A stretch of 64,000 bases of DNA from a bacterium (GTDB lineage: Bacteria; Bacteroidota; Ignavibacteria; UBA10030): contig JAZDJN010000026.1 in the NCBI GenBank assembly GCA_043803945.1, positions 1 to 64,000 of the forward strand, given 5' to 3'. Numbering within the stretch: position 1 is the stretch's first letter; each line of letters begins with the position of its first letter. This document shows, piece by piece, positions 29,527 through 39,561 of this stretch. Under the pieces are notes generated by a model. It did not search any database and was not told the origin of the DNA. It saw only the letters and a program-made list of their open reading frames with translations. The position numbers were made by a program, and so were the translations under genes.

Positions 29527-30306
29527 ATGATTAAGTGGTCTTCCTTCATTCTGTTATTATCATTTCTTGCAATGAATGTCTTTGCACAGAATACTCAGAA
29601 GAAGGCGACTATACTTTTCATGGGCATGAAGCATTTTCAATTGTTCGATGATATTTACACACCGAAACGACAGAAGGAAATTGAAGAAGTCGTTGCCCTG
29701 TTGAAGAAGTTTAATCCCACGAAAATAACTTGCGAGAGGCCATACGGTGACATAGAGACTTTAGAGCTTTACAGCAAATACCGCAAAGGCACTTATAAGC
29801 TAAGTATCCATGAGTCGAATCAAATAGGATTTCGCTTGGCGAAAGAACTTCATCTTGAAAAGGTTTATCCTGTAGATTACCGAATTGAAGCCAAGCTGCC
29901 ATCAATAGACTCATCTGCGAAAGCAAACAATCAGGAACTGTTTCTTAGAAGGTTGATTGATGGATTCGATACCGTTGGTCATCCTTCGGACGAGATGATT
30001 AAAACTTCTTCGATACTCAAAGTTCTTCAAGCGGTTAATGCTGATACTTTCCTTGAGCAGGTTGATCAGGTGCAACTCAGTACTTATGTTCACATCGGCA
30101 ACGATACAGATTATGTAGGTACAGATTATCTGACTGAATGGTATAAAAGAAATCTTAGAATATATACGAACATAACCAGGATAATCGATTCCAATAATGA
30201 TCGTGTGTTAGTGTTGATTGGGGCTGCCCATGTTAACTTACTTCGGTGGTTTACGTTAGGTTCGGGTGAGTATAGTGTAGAGAGGGCAGATGAGTATTTG
30301 AGGTGA
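29527..30306 (+). CDS. Exported DUF5694-like protein
   Basis: Signal peptide; RQKEIEE, FNPTKI.CE, E.NQIGFRLAK, WYKRNLRIY.NI, RVLVLIGAAH. Confidence 0.7.
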   Translation: MIKWSSFILLLSFLAMNVFAQNTQKKATILFMGMKHFQLFDDIYTPKRQKEIEEVVALLKKFNPTKITCERPYGDIETLELYSKYRKGTYKLSIHESNQIGFRLAKELHLEKVYPVDYRIEAKLPSIDSSAKANNQELFLRRLIDGFDTVGHPSDEMIKTSSILKVLQAVNADTFLEQVDQVQLSTYVHIGNDTDYVGTDYLTEWYKRNLRIYTNITRIIDSNNDRVLVLIGAAHVNLLRWFTLGSGEYSVERADEYLR

Positions 30307-30781
30307 GGTCATAATAATCCCAATTCATAAATGCCTCTGACCAATCCCCAATCGTAGTGCCAATAATACGTTAGCTTCTACTTTTATCAAGAATTGAGGG
30401 AATTGATCATTGAAACCTTCTTGGTTTCAGCCCGCATCTATTGAGGTTTTTTTATATCAACTTCTGACAATCCTGTCAAAAGTCATGGCGATATTGGCCT
30501 CGGTAATGACTCATTAGAAGAGCTCCCTCAGGTATTTTTCTTTTCAAACTCAGGTGTTTACCTGAGGCAATTTCATGTGTGAAATATTTTGAAATGTGTT
30601 ATATTCAATTCGACTAACCCGAGGGGAGATGTTGGCCGAAGGGAAAGAGAAACCTCTGGATTTGCGATCAGCGATTAAAGAGGTTTTGTATTAATAGGAA
30701 GACAGATGCCATAATTCTACCCGGAGGAAATGAGTGATGTAATATGTTAAGGCACTACTTCACAACAAAGGGAGAATTCTC

Positions 30782-32071
30782 ATGCGAACCGTAGCCACGA
30801 TTGCTCTCATCTTTTTGCTTTTCACCACACAACTTCGAGCTCAAACAATAATTGACTCGATTGATGTTCTTCAAAAATCTGCCATCAAGGTTTTTCTTGA
30901 TTGCGATTTTTGTGACGAGAATTATATTCGGACTGAAATTACGTTTGTGAACTACGTCAGAGATCGAAAAGAAGCAGATGTTCATATCATGGTCACATTA
31001 ATGTCAACAGGCAGCGAAGGGACCGAATACACATTCACACTGTACGGCCAAGGAACATTTTTAGGGAAGAATGATACCCTACTATATATTTCCAATAAAA
31101 CTGATACACCCGATATGTCAAGGAAAGGGTTGGTAAGAGTACTTAAAATCGGTTTAATGCGATACTCAATGCACACTCCTCTTGCTGATTATTTTAGTGT
31201 TTCCTACAATAGACCAACCGCATCATCAAGAGTAACCGATAAGTGGAACTACTGGGTCTTTAGCATCTCCTTAAACAGCAATATTAATGGAGAGTCTCAT
31301 TCAAACTCTGAAAATTATAGCGGGAGTCTCTCAGCGAGCAGGACAACCGAAGATTGGAAAATACGCCTGTCGATGAGTGGAAATTATTCTGCAAACAACT
31401 ATGAATTTGAGATCGATGAGAACACGGTTATTAAAAGTACATTCATAAGCCGAAGCCAATATATCAATGGGTCAGTAGTAAAAAGTCTCGGTGATAACTT
31501 TTCTGCGGGACTTTTTGGCTCGGCGTATTCATCGACCTACAGCAATATGGATCTGAGCGTTGATCTCCAGCCAGGAGTTGAATACGATTTCTTTCCTTAC
31601 AGTGAATCCACACGGCGCATGCTCACCCTCACCTATCGAGCCGGCATAAGTTCAAATAATTATGTTGATACGACGATCTATTTAAAGAAGTCCGAAATTC
31701 TTTACCGTCATTCGCTCTCACTTGCTCTTTCGCTTCAACAACCCTGGGGACAATCATCGGTTTCGCTTAATGGATCCCAGTACTTGCATGACCTCTCTAA
31801 AAATAGTTTCTCAATTTACAGCAGCTTATCGATTCGACTCTTTGAAGGTTTATCGGTGAGACTCTATGGCGGTTATTCTGCAATTCATGATCAGGTCACA
31901 CTCCCGAAGCGGGAACTCACTGTCGAAGATGTCTATCAACGACAGCGTCAATTGGAGACAAGCTATTCATTCTGGGGTTCTGTAGGATTTAGCTACACGT
32001 TCGGGTCGATCTTTAACAACATTGTGAATCCAAGGTTTGGTGGTGGCGGCGGTGGTGTGTATTATTATTGA
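30782..32071 (+). CDS. Exported hypothetical protein, probable outer-membrane beta-barrel
   Basis: Signal peptide; KVFLDCDFCD..YIRTEI.FVNYVRD N-domain; alternating beta-strand pattern; ends YTFGSIFNNIVNPRF. Confidence 0.7.
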   Translation: MRTVATIALIFLLFTTQLRAQTIIDSIDVLQKSAIKVFLDCDFCDENYIRTEITFVNYVRDRKEADVHIMVTLMSTGSEGTEYTFTLYGQGTFLGKNDTLLYISNKTDTPDMSRKGLVRVLKIGLMRYSMHTPLADYFSVSYNRPTASSRVTDKWNYWVFSISLNSNINGESHSNSENYSGSLSASRTTEDWKIRLSMSGNYSANNYEFEIDENTVIKSTFISRSQYINGSVVKSLGDNFSAGLFGSAYSSTYSNMDLSVDLQPGVEYDFFPYSESTRRMLTLTYRAGISSNNYVDTTIYLKKSEILYRHSLSLALSLQQPWGQSSVSLNGSQYLHDLSKNSFSIYSSLSIRLFEGLSVRLYGGYSAIHDQVTLPKRELTVEDVYQRQRQLETSYSFWGSVGFSYTFGSIFNNIVNPRFGGGGGGVYYY

Positions 32072-32206
32072 TAGATCCTAGTCCTCTAACGGAATAATAT
32101 TTTTCCTTTCAGAAGGAATAAACAGTTAGGAATGATAATTTTCTTCTATATGCGGCTTAGTTCAACCTGCTATTAGGCAAAAGCACACACTCGCAATCTA
32201 GCAACC

Positions 32207-32926
32207 ATGAATATAAGACTTCAGAGACTACTCTCGACGTTGGCTTCGTTTGCCGTAGGTATCATCCCGGTCTTTGTTCTCATTCATTACTTTGGTGTGT
32301 CAAGCAAACTCATTGTCGGTTGGGGTGTTCTCTCGTACGTCGTTGGCGTAGTAGGTTTTAAAATGCCCCTTTACCATTTCTTTGTTATCAAGGTGCTGCA
32401 TGGGAAACTCTCAAATCTCTGGCTTAGTGTTTCGCACGGTTTTGTCTCTGCGATTTCGGAACTCGGTGCTGCCCTTCTGTTCTTCATCTTTGTCGTTCCC
32501 GAGTTAACCTTGCCCCAGCTAATCGGATTTGGGGCTGCGGCTGGCGCCGTCGAAGCCATTATGTTGGTGTTCATCCAGAATCCTCTCAAGGGAACACCAT
32601 TGGAGGAGCACTCCTCGGAAGTCATCCAAAGAGCATCTGCCAATAATCTGATTCCATGGATGTCGGTATTGGAACGAGCACTGGCTCTCTTCCCACACGT
32701 TGCCACTCGTGGTCTTGTCTACATCAGCTTCATTTCTGGCAACATTGTTCCGGTTGCTCTGGCAGTTTTAACTTTTGCTTCCATTGATGGGAGAGCATAC
32801 TTTGCTCACCTTGAGAAATGGCCGTTTGACAATATCCGGATGCTGGGCAAAATCTACCGCTATCTTGCGTTGGTAGGAATTTTTCAAGTTCTACTCTTTG
32901 CGCTTTTCTACTACTATCTGATGTGA
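32207..32926 (+). CDS. Membrane protein, divergent YhfC/PrsW-like intramembrane protease family
   Basis: About 7 TM segments; SAISE, GFGAAAGAVEA, LERALALFPH resemble YhfC motifs. Confidence 0.5.
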   Translation: MNIRLQRLLSTLASFAVGIIPVFVLIHYFGVSSKLIVGWGVLSYVVGVVGFKMPLYHFFVIKVLHGKLSNLWLSVSHGFVSAISELGAALLFFIFVVPELTLPQLIGFGAAAGAVEAIMLVFIQNPLKGTPLEEHSSEVIQRASANNLIPWMSVLERALALFPHVATRGLVYISFISGNIVPVALAVLTFASIDGRAYFAHLEKWPFDNIRMLGKIYRYLALVGIFQVLLFALFYYYLM

Positions 32927-33191
32927 GTGTGCGCCTATCAGGGATCGTGCTTACGACCTCCGCCTACGCAAGAGGCACTTCCGGACAGGCTTCCGCTATA
33001 CAGATAGCTGACAAGCGCTCCATTTCGGGCTGATGAAAATATTATTATCCTTCTCTATCAAGGGCGATGAGGATATTCAGTATCAAATAGTACCAGCATT
33101 TTTCAGTACTTCACAAAGAAAATTCCTATTTTTCACCTCAAAACGACATCGCTCTTCCACTCATGAGCTACTTATCGCGGCAAGTGACTTA

Positions 33192-34085
33192 ATGAATGAA
33201 CTTTCAACCTGCGTCCTCGGCAGCTCGAGTGTCGGCAACGCGACAGTGATATGGAATTCAAGAACCGCAGTGCTTGTCGATTGCGGCTTCAATCCGGCCT
33301 ACATGAAGGAAGGATTCCAAGATCTGGGTTTGAAAATTTCAGATCTCCATGGAGTCCTGATTACTCATATCCATGGCGATCACGTGAATGAATCAACTGG
33401 AAGGAGGCTTATCAAAGAGAGGATTCCTATCTATTGTCCTTCTCAGATCGCAATGCATTTAAAGACAAGATATGGAACCTTCAAACAAGCCTCTCACGAA
33501 GGCTTGCTCAGGATTATAAAAAAATCAGAAGCCGAGCTCAACGAGTTTCATATATGCTCCTTCGAAGTGCATCATGACTCCGGTGGAGGATGCTTCGGAT
33601 ATTCCATCTTTTCTGAATCGGGGGGCCGCACCAGGAAAATCAGCGTTACTACCGATATGGCCTATCCAACGAAATCAGCCATCCATCACATGGCCAATTC
33701 AGATGTCATTGTGATCGAATCCAATTATGATGAGGGCATGCTCGAAAACTCCAGCAGGCCGGCCTGGCTGAAACGTCGAATCCAGGAGGAAGGACACCTT
33801 TCAAACGACCAGTGCGCAGACGCGTTGCTGCAGATTATAGATCACTCACACACTCTTCCCAGGAGCCTGACGCTCGCACATGTCAGTCAACAGTGTAATA
33901 CCAATGCGTTGGCTCTTGGATGCACGAGGGAGGCACTCGATAAGGCAGGAATCGGTGGTGTTAAGCTCTTTGAAACACATCCCGACAGTCCAGGCCGCAC
34001 AATTACCGTTGATCAAACTTCCAATGGTTCATCAGAGGATCAAGAGATCGAGATGACCGTCACCTTCCTCAGGTCAATCCATTGA
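33192..34085 (+). CDS. MBL-fold metallohydrolase (YycJ/WalJ-like exonuclease family)
   Basis: VLGSSSVGNA, VDCG, THIHGDH, HD, IESNYD, LKRRI...GHLSN, LAHVSQQCN; start placed at ATG 33192. Confidence 0.85.
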   Translation: MNELSTCVLGSSSVGNATVIWNSRTAVLVDCGFNPAYMKEGFQDLGLKISDLHGVLITHIHGDHVNESTGRRLIKERIPIYCPSQIAMHLKTRYGTFKQASHEGLLRIIKKSEAELNEFHICSFEVHHDSGGGCFGYSIFSESGGRTRKISVTTDMAYPTKSAIHHMANSDVIVIESNYDEGMLENSSRPAWLKRRIQEEGHLSNDQCADALLQIIDHSHTLPRSLTLAHVSQQCNTNALALGCTREALDKAGIGGVKLFETHPDSPGRTITVDQTSNGSSEDQEIEMTVTFLRSIH

Positions 34086-34171
34086 CCTGCGTACTCGAAA
34101 AATGCCCTTGAAATCCTTCTTAAACTTGTGGATATTGTTTGTGCATTATCACAAGATGAGGGACTCGTTCT

Positions 34172-36541
34172 ATGAACATGCGCTATTCTCTTTTCCTCGC
34201 ACTCGCTTTCATCACCGGCTGTGCTTCGTTCAAGGAACTGGAACCGAAACCTCCGCTGCTGCCCACTGAACGGGGCTTCATTGAACTCCGCAATGATCAG
34301 GAGAATTTTCTTCTCGAGAAAGAGAAGAAATATTTTATTCGCTTCCCCAAACCTTCCGAGACTAATTTTTACGTACTTCTGAAAACAAGCGCCAAAAAGA
34401 AAGTCCATAATTATTTCACGGCAACCTTTGATGATGGCGAAGGAGTGATTACTCCCATAAAGGATGAGGCCATCAAGCAGGATAGCCTCAGTGTTTTTGC
34501 CATCGATACGTCATCGTCCTTTTTCTACTGGGTGATTGATACTGTTCGGGAACATCTACCCCTGAACGTACAGTACCGCTATGTGGCCCAATGGCGCTAT
34601 ACCGTCGAGACAAAACATGATGAGTATCGGCAAATCCTCGCGGCGAGCAAACACAACCGTCAACCCTATGAATCAATGGGGCCCCAGTTCAACTGGGATT
34701 CCTTCGATGCGAAAGGAGAGCAGCGAACGCTTCAGCAAAAGTTCAAAGCCCTCTCCGCAATGAATGATGCCTTGCTGAAGCTTGAAAAAGTGTTCCCGGC
34801 TACATCAACTATTCAGAACGATACCATCTTCCACCGTTATGTCTCATTAAGTAAAGACACTAGAGAAGAGCTTCGATTTCAGTCGGACTACGATGCGGTC
34901 CTCACCATCCTCGATCGTGAGCGTGAGACGCGGGGTAATCTCGCTGCGTTCGTTGAACGAAGAGTTGAGTTCACGGCATTCCTGGAACAGAAGACCCGCT
35001 TTCGGCCCCCTGTTTTAGAGTATGTAAAAACACTCATGCTCCACCGATTGGACGAGTCTCTGCCGGCTTATGATGAGTCAATAAAAAAGCAAAGTGATCT
35101 CAATACCTTCGAACTGCAACCACCTATCGTAGAAGTAGAAAAGTTTTACAAGGCGTGCGGTCAGCAGCTTCCAAAAGATGTAATGGAAATTAATGCGTTT
35201 GTCGGAGAGTTCAACACAGTAGTGCCGGCATTGGATAAAGCGAAGCAGATGATTAAAAATCTCCCCACGACAACAACCTCTCCCGCTACCTGGCCAGAGG
35301 ATTCATACTATCAGGGATTTCTTACACGAATTGACGATGCGAAAAAGGCGGTTCCAGGTTATGCCCTTGATAAGTATGAACGCTGTAAGGCATATCGGAT
35401 TTCATCGCTGCTGAAAGAGGAAATAAGCAAATCACAGAAACAACTGGAGGATGCCGAAGCACCATATAGAAAAGCAAAAGAAATTGTTCAGAGAATCAAT
35501 GTCTTAAAAGCACAGCAGAATTATAAGGGAATTATCGACATTCTCCGTGAAAACCATGAAATGGATTTTCTCATCGCTCAGTATTCTGACGTCGATGAAC
35601 GCTCAATGAACGTCCTTGTCAGCAAGGTTCGTGAGCGTATCGAGTCGGGTGCCTGGAGTGAAGCCGAGCGGCGCCTGGCAGAACTCTGGAGTGACAAAAA
35701 TTATCTGAACCTTGCCGCCATCGCTCCCAAGAAAACGGAATCAGTGCGGGCGATGGAAGCAGATATTCTGAATGGTGTGAAAAAGCTTTCCACCGACCGT
35801 ACCAGTGCATTTGCAAAAAAGAATGAGACCGCACTCGAACGCATCACAGTGCTCTACTCCGACTCATCCTTTTTGCCGGTCTACATCCTCGACTTCAGTT
35901 CTGAATCACGCAAGGAATTGCTGGCGAAACAGAAAAGTATCGTCGATCAGCTTCGCCAGATTAAACACTATCGTTTCCCTGAAAGTGCAATCCGTGTCAT
36001 TTACAGGGAATTGACTCAGTCGCCGCAGGTCAGGGGCATTGCAAAAGCCCGCGCCATTCTGGAGCATGCAAAATTTTACCGCGGCAGCGACAAAGCAACA
36101 CTCGCGATGGTCGATGAGTGCAATCCGGTTGTAGCGAAGAAGCTCGACAAGCCAAAGGATTACCGGCGGATCTTCGTCCTGCCGGTCAATCAAACGGAAC
36201 GGGCTTCCAACGAATATGTGTTTCGGATTAATATTCAAATTCTAACAGAAGCGAAGTTTCCGGTCTTTGATATCAACATCAAAGTCCCGAAAGAGATTGC
36301 AGAGAATGCGAAAACAAAGCAGTGGTTCACAGAACTCCTGTTGAATAAGAAGGTTGTGAAAACTGAAGGATTTATGCGTATCGTTGCACCATCGGCCGAT
36401 AATGATTATGAAGCGCAGATCACACCGGTACAGGTGAATAAAGAGGGGGAGAACATCATCGACGTAAAGTTCAACTATCCCGGCTATATGCTGTTCGAAG
36501 TAAGTGTGATGGCTCAGGTTCCCCTGATCCGCAAAAATTAG
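34172..36541 (+). CDS. Large hypothetical lipoprotein (helical core, beta-rich termini)
   Basis: Lipobox AFITG-C; 789 aa; no family recognised. Confidence 0.75.
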   Translation: MNMRYSLFLALAFITGCASFKELEPKPPLLPTERGFIELRNDQENFLLEKEKKYFIRFPKPSETNFYVLLKTSAKKKVHNYFTATFDDGEGVITPIKDEAIKQDSLSVFAIDTSSSFFYWVIDTVREHLPLNVQYRYVAQWRYTVETKHDEYRQILAASKHNRQPYESMGPQFNWDSFDAKGEQRTLQQKFKALSAMNDALLKLEKVFPATSTIQNDTIFHRYVSLSKDTREELRFQSDYDAVLTILDRERETRGNLAAFVERRVEFTAFLEQKTRFRPPVLEYVKTLMLHRLDESLPAYDESIKKQSDLNTFELQPPIVEVEKFYKACGQQLPKDVMEINAFVGEFNTVVPALDKAKQMIKNLPTTTTSPATWPEDSYYQGFLTRIDDAKKAVPGYALDKYERCKAYRISSLLKEEISKSQKQLEDAEAPYRKAKEIVQRINVLKAQQNYKGIIDILRENHEMDFLIAQYSDVDERSMNVLVSKVRERIESGAWSEAERRLAELWSDKNYLNLAAIAPKKTESVRAMEADILNGVKKLSTDRTSAFAKKNETALERITVLYSDSSFLPVYILDFSSESRKELLAKQKSIVDQLRQIKHYRFPESAIRVIYRELTQSPQVRGIAKARAILEHAKFYRGSDKATLAMVDECNPVVAKKLDKPKDYRRIFVLPVNQTERASNEYVFRINIQILTEAKFPVFDINIKVPKEIAENAKTKQWFTELLLNKKVVKTEGFMRIVAPSADNDYEAQITPVQVNKEGENIIDVKFNYPGYMLFEVSVMAQVPLIRKN

Positions 36542-36545
36542 GTTG

Positions 36546-36872
36546 AACCGCTAAGGAACGCCAAGGACGCAAAGAGTATGATAGAGGTTTTTCTGTTTCG
36601 AAGCTCCCGCGGCGAAACACTCAAAGGGAAGATACTTCCACGCAGGAGCAGGGCGGCAGTATCGTAAACAAAAAAAGACTAGGGCGTCACGAACCCCCGC
36701 CTGCCATAATAGGTTCAAATGAGGCGGGCAGGACTTCGTGACGCAAAATTAGGAAAGCATTCAGTTTTATGTGTCACGGTGTGGACCGTGACACCCTTGG
36801 AAAGGAAAGACGCTTCCACGCAGGAGCGTGGAAGCAGTCTCGTATTTCATTTATTCCTTTGAGTTGGCGGTT
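36546..36872. repeat. Composite stack of palindromic repeats
   Basis: Outer AACCGC..GCGGTT imperfect inverted ends; two 38-nt CTTCCACGCAGGAGC units (36629-36666, 36807-36844) flank a REP doublet. Confidence 0.65.
36678..36800. repeat. REP-doublet (REPIN-like) element copy A with a 37-nt insertion
   Basis: ACTAGGGCGTCACGAACC...ACTTCGTGACG...TGTCACGGTGTGGACCGTGACACCCTTGG, as at 44628 and 53081. Confidence 0.9.
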
Positions 36873-36934
36873 TATTTGAAGAGTGAATCAGAGTCATTTT
36901 ACCACAAGATGAGTTCATCAATCAGAAACGATCT

Positions 36935-38668
36935 ATGACCATGAAAAAATATTATATCATCGGTGCTGTCCTTGTTGTGCTCATCGGTGCGGGCCTTTGG
37001 TATTACCTAACCCGCCCGACGCTGGAAGGGACAGTGGCAATTCCCTACATCGCTCACCAGAAACCGGCAATCGATCCACATCTGCCAAGTGCAAATGCTC
37101 TTGCAGACAAACTGGATGAAGTACTCTTCGATGGACTCTTTAATCTCACGGCAACCTCCAGCGGCGTAGTGTTTGAAGATGGGTTGGGAGAGTTTGTGAG
37201 CATCGAAAATAACATCGTTACAATCCGATTAAAGACCGGACACTACTGGCACGACAGCTACCGCGCATTCGCGGATGGAAAGAAAGTGACCATTGAAAAA
37301 TCGGCGGTACACGAATTTTCCTCGAAAGACTTTGCCTTCACCCTGAAACGCATCCAGAGCCTGGGCAGCCTCTCGCCTGATTATATCCTTATCGCTCAGG
37401 CACTTCCGGTGATGGACTTTGAGGGGCCAAATGAGAAGAATGAAATCAAACTGAAGTTCCGCGACAATCGCGTCTGGGTTGAATCGGATATCAAAGAGGT
37501 ACTCTCGTTTAAAATACTTCCGGATAACGAAGAGCTGAATGCCATGACCTATACAGTCGGGACAACCCCATATATGGCTGTGCCGGAGTATGATCGCAGC
37601 ATTCGCTTCTACCGAACTCCAGATGCTGCGGTGAACATCGGCAAACTCCATCTCGTCCCCTTTGTCGATAACAGTACCTTCAGCACGGAGCTGCGAAATG
37701 AGAACATCAATGCACTCCTGGAAACACCCTTTGGCAGCCTCTCGCCGCTTCTGCCGGAGCAAGAGAAATATTTTGTTAAATCGAATGTCAGCTCAACCTA
37801 CTTTGCTATCCTCTTTAATACCGAGCGGCTTTCACGCGAGAAGCGAATTCAGCTTCGAAAACTCCTCAATAATAAGATGATTCAGGACCGTTTCTTTAAA
37901 GTCGGCAGCGGCCAGCAGCGGCATATTATCGATTTTAAAGGGAACCTTGACAACTACCCCGAGTACCTGAACGATGGTGTCTTTCCCGGCTCTTCGTACT
38001 ATGTGCAGGAAAAGATTATCGATCGGTGGAGCGATACGACAACCGCAAATCCTTCAGTTCTCACCGATACGATTCGCATTAAAGCGTGCCTCAACTATGG
38101 CTATCGTGAAGAGTATGCCGAACTCCTCGATATCCTGAACGATCCTCTCATTACTGACGGGCGGATACGGGCAACAGCCGTGCCGAATGAAGAGATCAAA
38201 CAGGGAAACTACGATGCCTTGTTAATTGCGGTGAGCGGGTACCGGAGCAATTTTCTGTTCGACCTCTATGATCTCTTCCTCCGTGAACCGGATCTGGAGC
38301 AGTACCGAATCAATCTCGTTACCGAAATAGATTCACTCGGCGTAGGGCGCGTGAAACCGGCCTCGTTGCAAGCCAGCCATAATTTTTTCCGGATGGATGC
38401 CATTGCATCTGTGCCGGAACGCGATGATATGCTTGCCTTGCTTGAAGATGTCTATGGATTTATGTCGACACGAATGGTTGGCGATAAGCAGGCGTATGCA
38501 CGGCGTGTTGCTGTTCGTGAACATGACATGGCGCTTGCCGGGTGGCTCTTCTCGCTGCCGTCGCTGATGTATTTCAGTTCGCAATTTGACAACACCAGTA
38601 TCGATCTGTACGGAATCGCCTGCCAGTTATCGACGCTGAAGAAATGGAAAGAACTTCCAAAGAAGTGA
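36935..38668 (+). CDS. Divergent ABC substrate-binding protein (family 5, OppA/DppA-like) with N-terminal membrane anchor
   Basis: IDPH, LFDGLF, IRLKTGHYWHD, FSSKDFAFTL, VGTTPY resemble the SBP_bac_5 N-terminus; upstream of permeases and ATPase. Confidence 0.6.
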   Translation: MTMKKYYIIGAVLVVLIGAGLWYYLTRPTLEGTVAIPYIAHQKPAIDPHLPSANALADKLDEVLFDGLFNLTATSSGVVFEDGLGEFVSIENNIVTIRLKTGHYWHDSYRAFADGKKVTIEKSAVHEFSSKDFAFTLKRIQSLGSLSPDYILIAQALPVMDFEGPNEKNEIKLKFRDNRVWVESDIKEVLSFKILPDNEELNAMTYTVGTTPYMAVPEYDRSIRFYRTPDAAVNIGKLHLVPFVDNSTFSTELRNENINALLETPFGSLSPLLPEQEKYFVKSNVSSTYFAILFNTERLSREKRIQLRKLLNNKMIQDRFFKVGSGQQRHIIDFKGNLDNYPEYLNDGVFPGSSYYVQEKIIDRWSDTTTANPSVLTDTIRIKACLNYGYREEYAELLDILNDPLITDGRIRATAVPNEEIKQGNYDALLIAVSGYRSNFLFDLYDLFLREPDLEQYRINLVTEIDSLGVGRVKPASLQASHNFFRMDAIASVPERDDMLALLEDVYGFMSTRMVGDKQAYARRVAVREHDMALAGWLFSLPSLMYFSSQFDNTSIDLYGIACQLSTLKKWKELPKK

Positions 38669-39561
38669 GTCACACAGTTCGCCGGGGCGGCTGCCGCTGC
38701 CCCTGGTTCTTGTTCCGCTGGATTACTCTCTCATGTTCTCTCCTCATGCCTGTTCTCCTGGCTTCACAATCGGCCGATCTCCTCCTCGTTGAGAAAACGG
38801 AAAAGCTTGTTGTGTACAATTCCTTTCAGCAATCCCAGAAGAAGCAGCCGGCGGCACTTCAACCCTTCAGACCCATTCAAATTCTGAATGCCTACGAACT
38901 CCTCAGCGATGGCATCACACCTTGCATGAAAGTGGAGATAGAGGGAGAGATATATTATTTGCTCCTTGAAAAGAAAGGGGAACTTGCCGACCTCAAGATG
39001 CTGGGATTCACAAAGCTCTATTCATCGAAAAAGGTATTCTCCGATACGGTGGAAATTCTTGCTTCGAAGCGGATGGCCATTCGCCATGTGCTTACCAAAC
39101 AGCGCATCGCGTTAAAAGCGGGAGAGCGATGTGTCCGGTACTTTGCCGAAAAAGCTCTTATGTATGTAAAGAAACTTGGCACACCATCTCTCTTTGGATG
39201 GATGGAATGCCCGCCGGGTCGGGAAGGGACGTGGTGGAGCCGTCTCCTTACCCGTGAGAAATTTTCTGCATTGCCGTTGCTTGCACAGAAGCGCATTACT
39301 GGAAAGATGAAGGAAATCAATACAAAACTATTGCAACTGCATGGAATGTTCACAGCCGAGACAGCAAAAAAAATATCCCCGCCCCAGTGGCAGGTAAGGC
39401 AAACCGATTCAACTCTTACCTTATCGCTTTTGCCCGAAGGTGCTGCTGCGGAATATCGGCAAAGTATGTCAGCCTTATTGGGAACAGTGCAGACCTATTT
39501 GCTCGGCACCGGGTACGATGCCGTGTTGAAGAGTAATAGTATAGAGATCAAATGCCGATGA
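38665..39561 (+). CDS. Exported hypothetical protein
   Basis: GTG overlaps the upstream TGA; signal-like segment; overlaps the next gene. Confidence 0.65.
   Translation: MSHTVRRGGCRCPWFLFRWITLSCSLLMPVLLASQSADLLLVEKTEKLVVYNSFQQSQKKQPAALQPFRPIQILNAYELLSDGITPCMKVEIEGEIYYLLLEKKGELADLKMLGFTKLYSSKKVFSDTVEILASKRMAIRHVLTKQRIALKAGERCVRYFAEKALMYVKKLGTPSLFGWMECPPGREGTWWSRLLTREKFSALPLLAQKRITGKMKEINTKLLQLHGMFTAETAKKISPPQWQVRQTDSTLTLSLLPEGAAAEYRQSMSALLGTVQTYLLGTGYDAVLKSNSIEIKCR

Noticed and set aside
30620-30690. GGAGA..GCCGAAGG..AAACCTCTGG resembling a glycine or c-di-GMP riboswitch
   Set aside because: Only partial motif matches and I cannot build the required helices; an Rfam/Infernal scan would be needed
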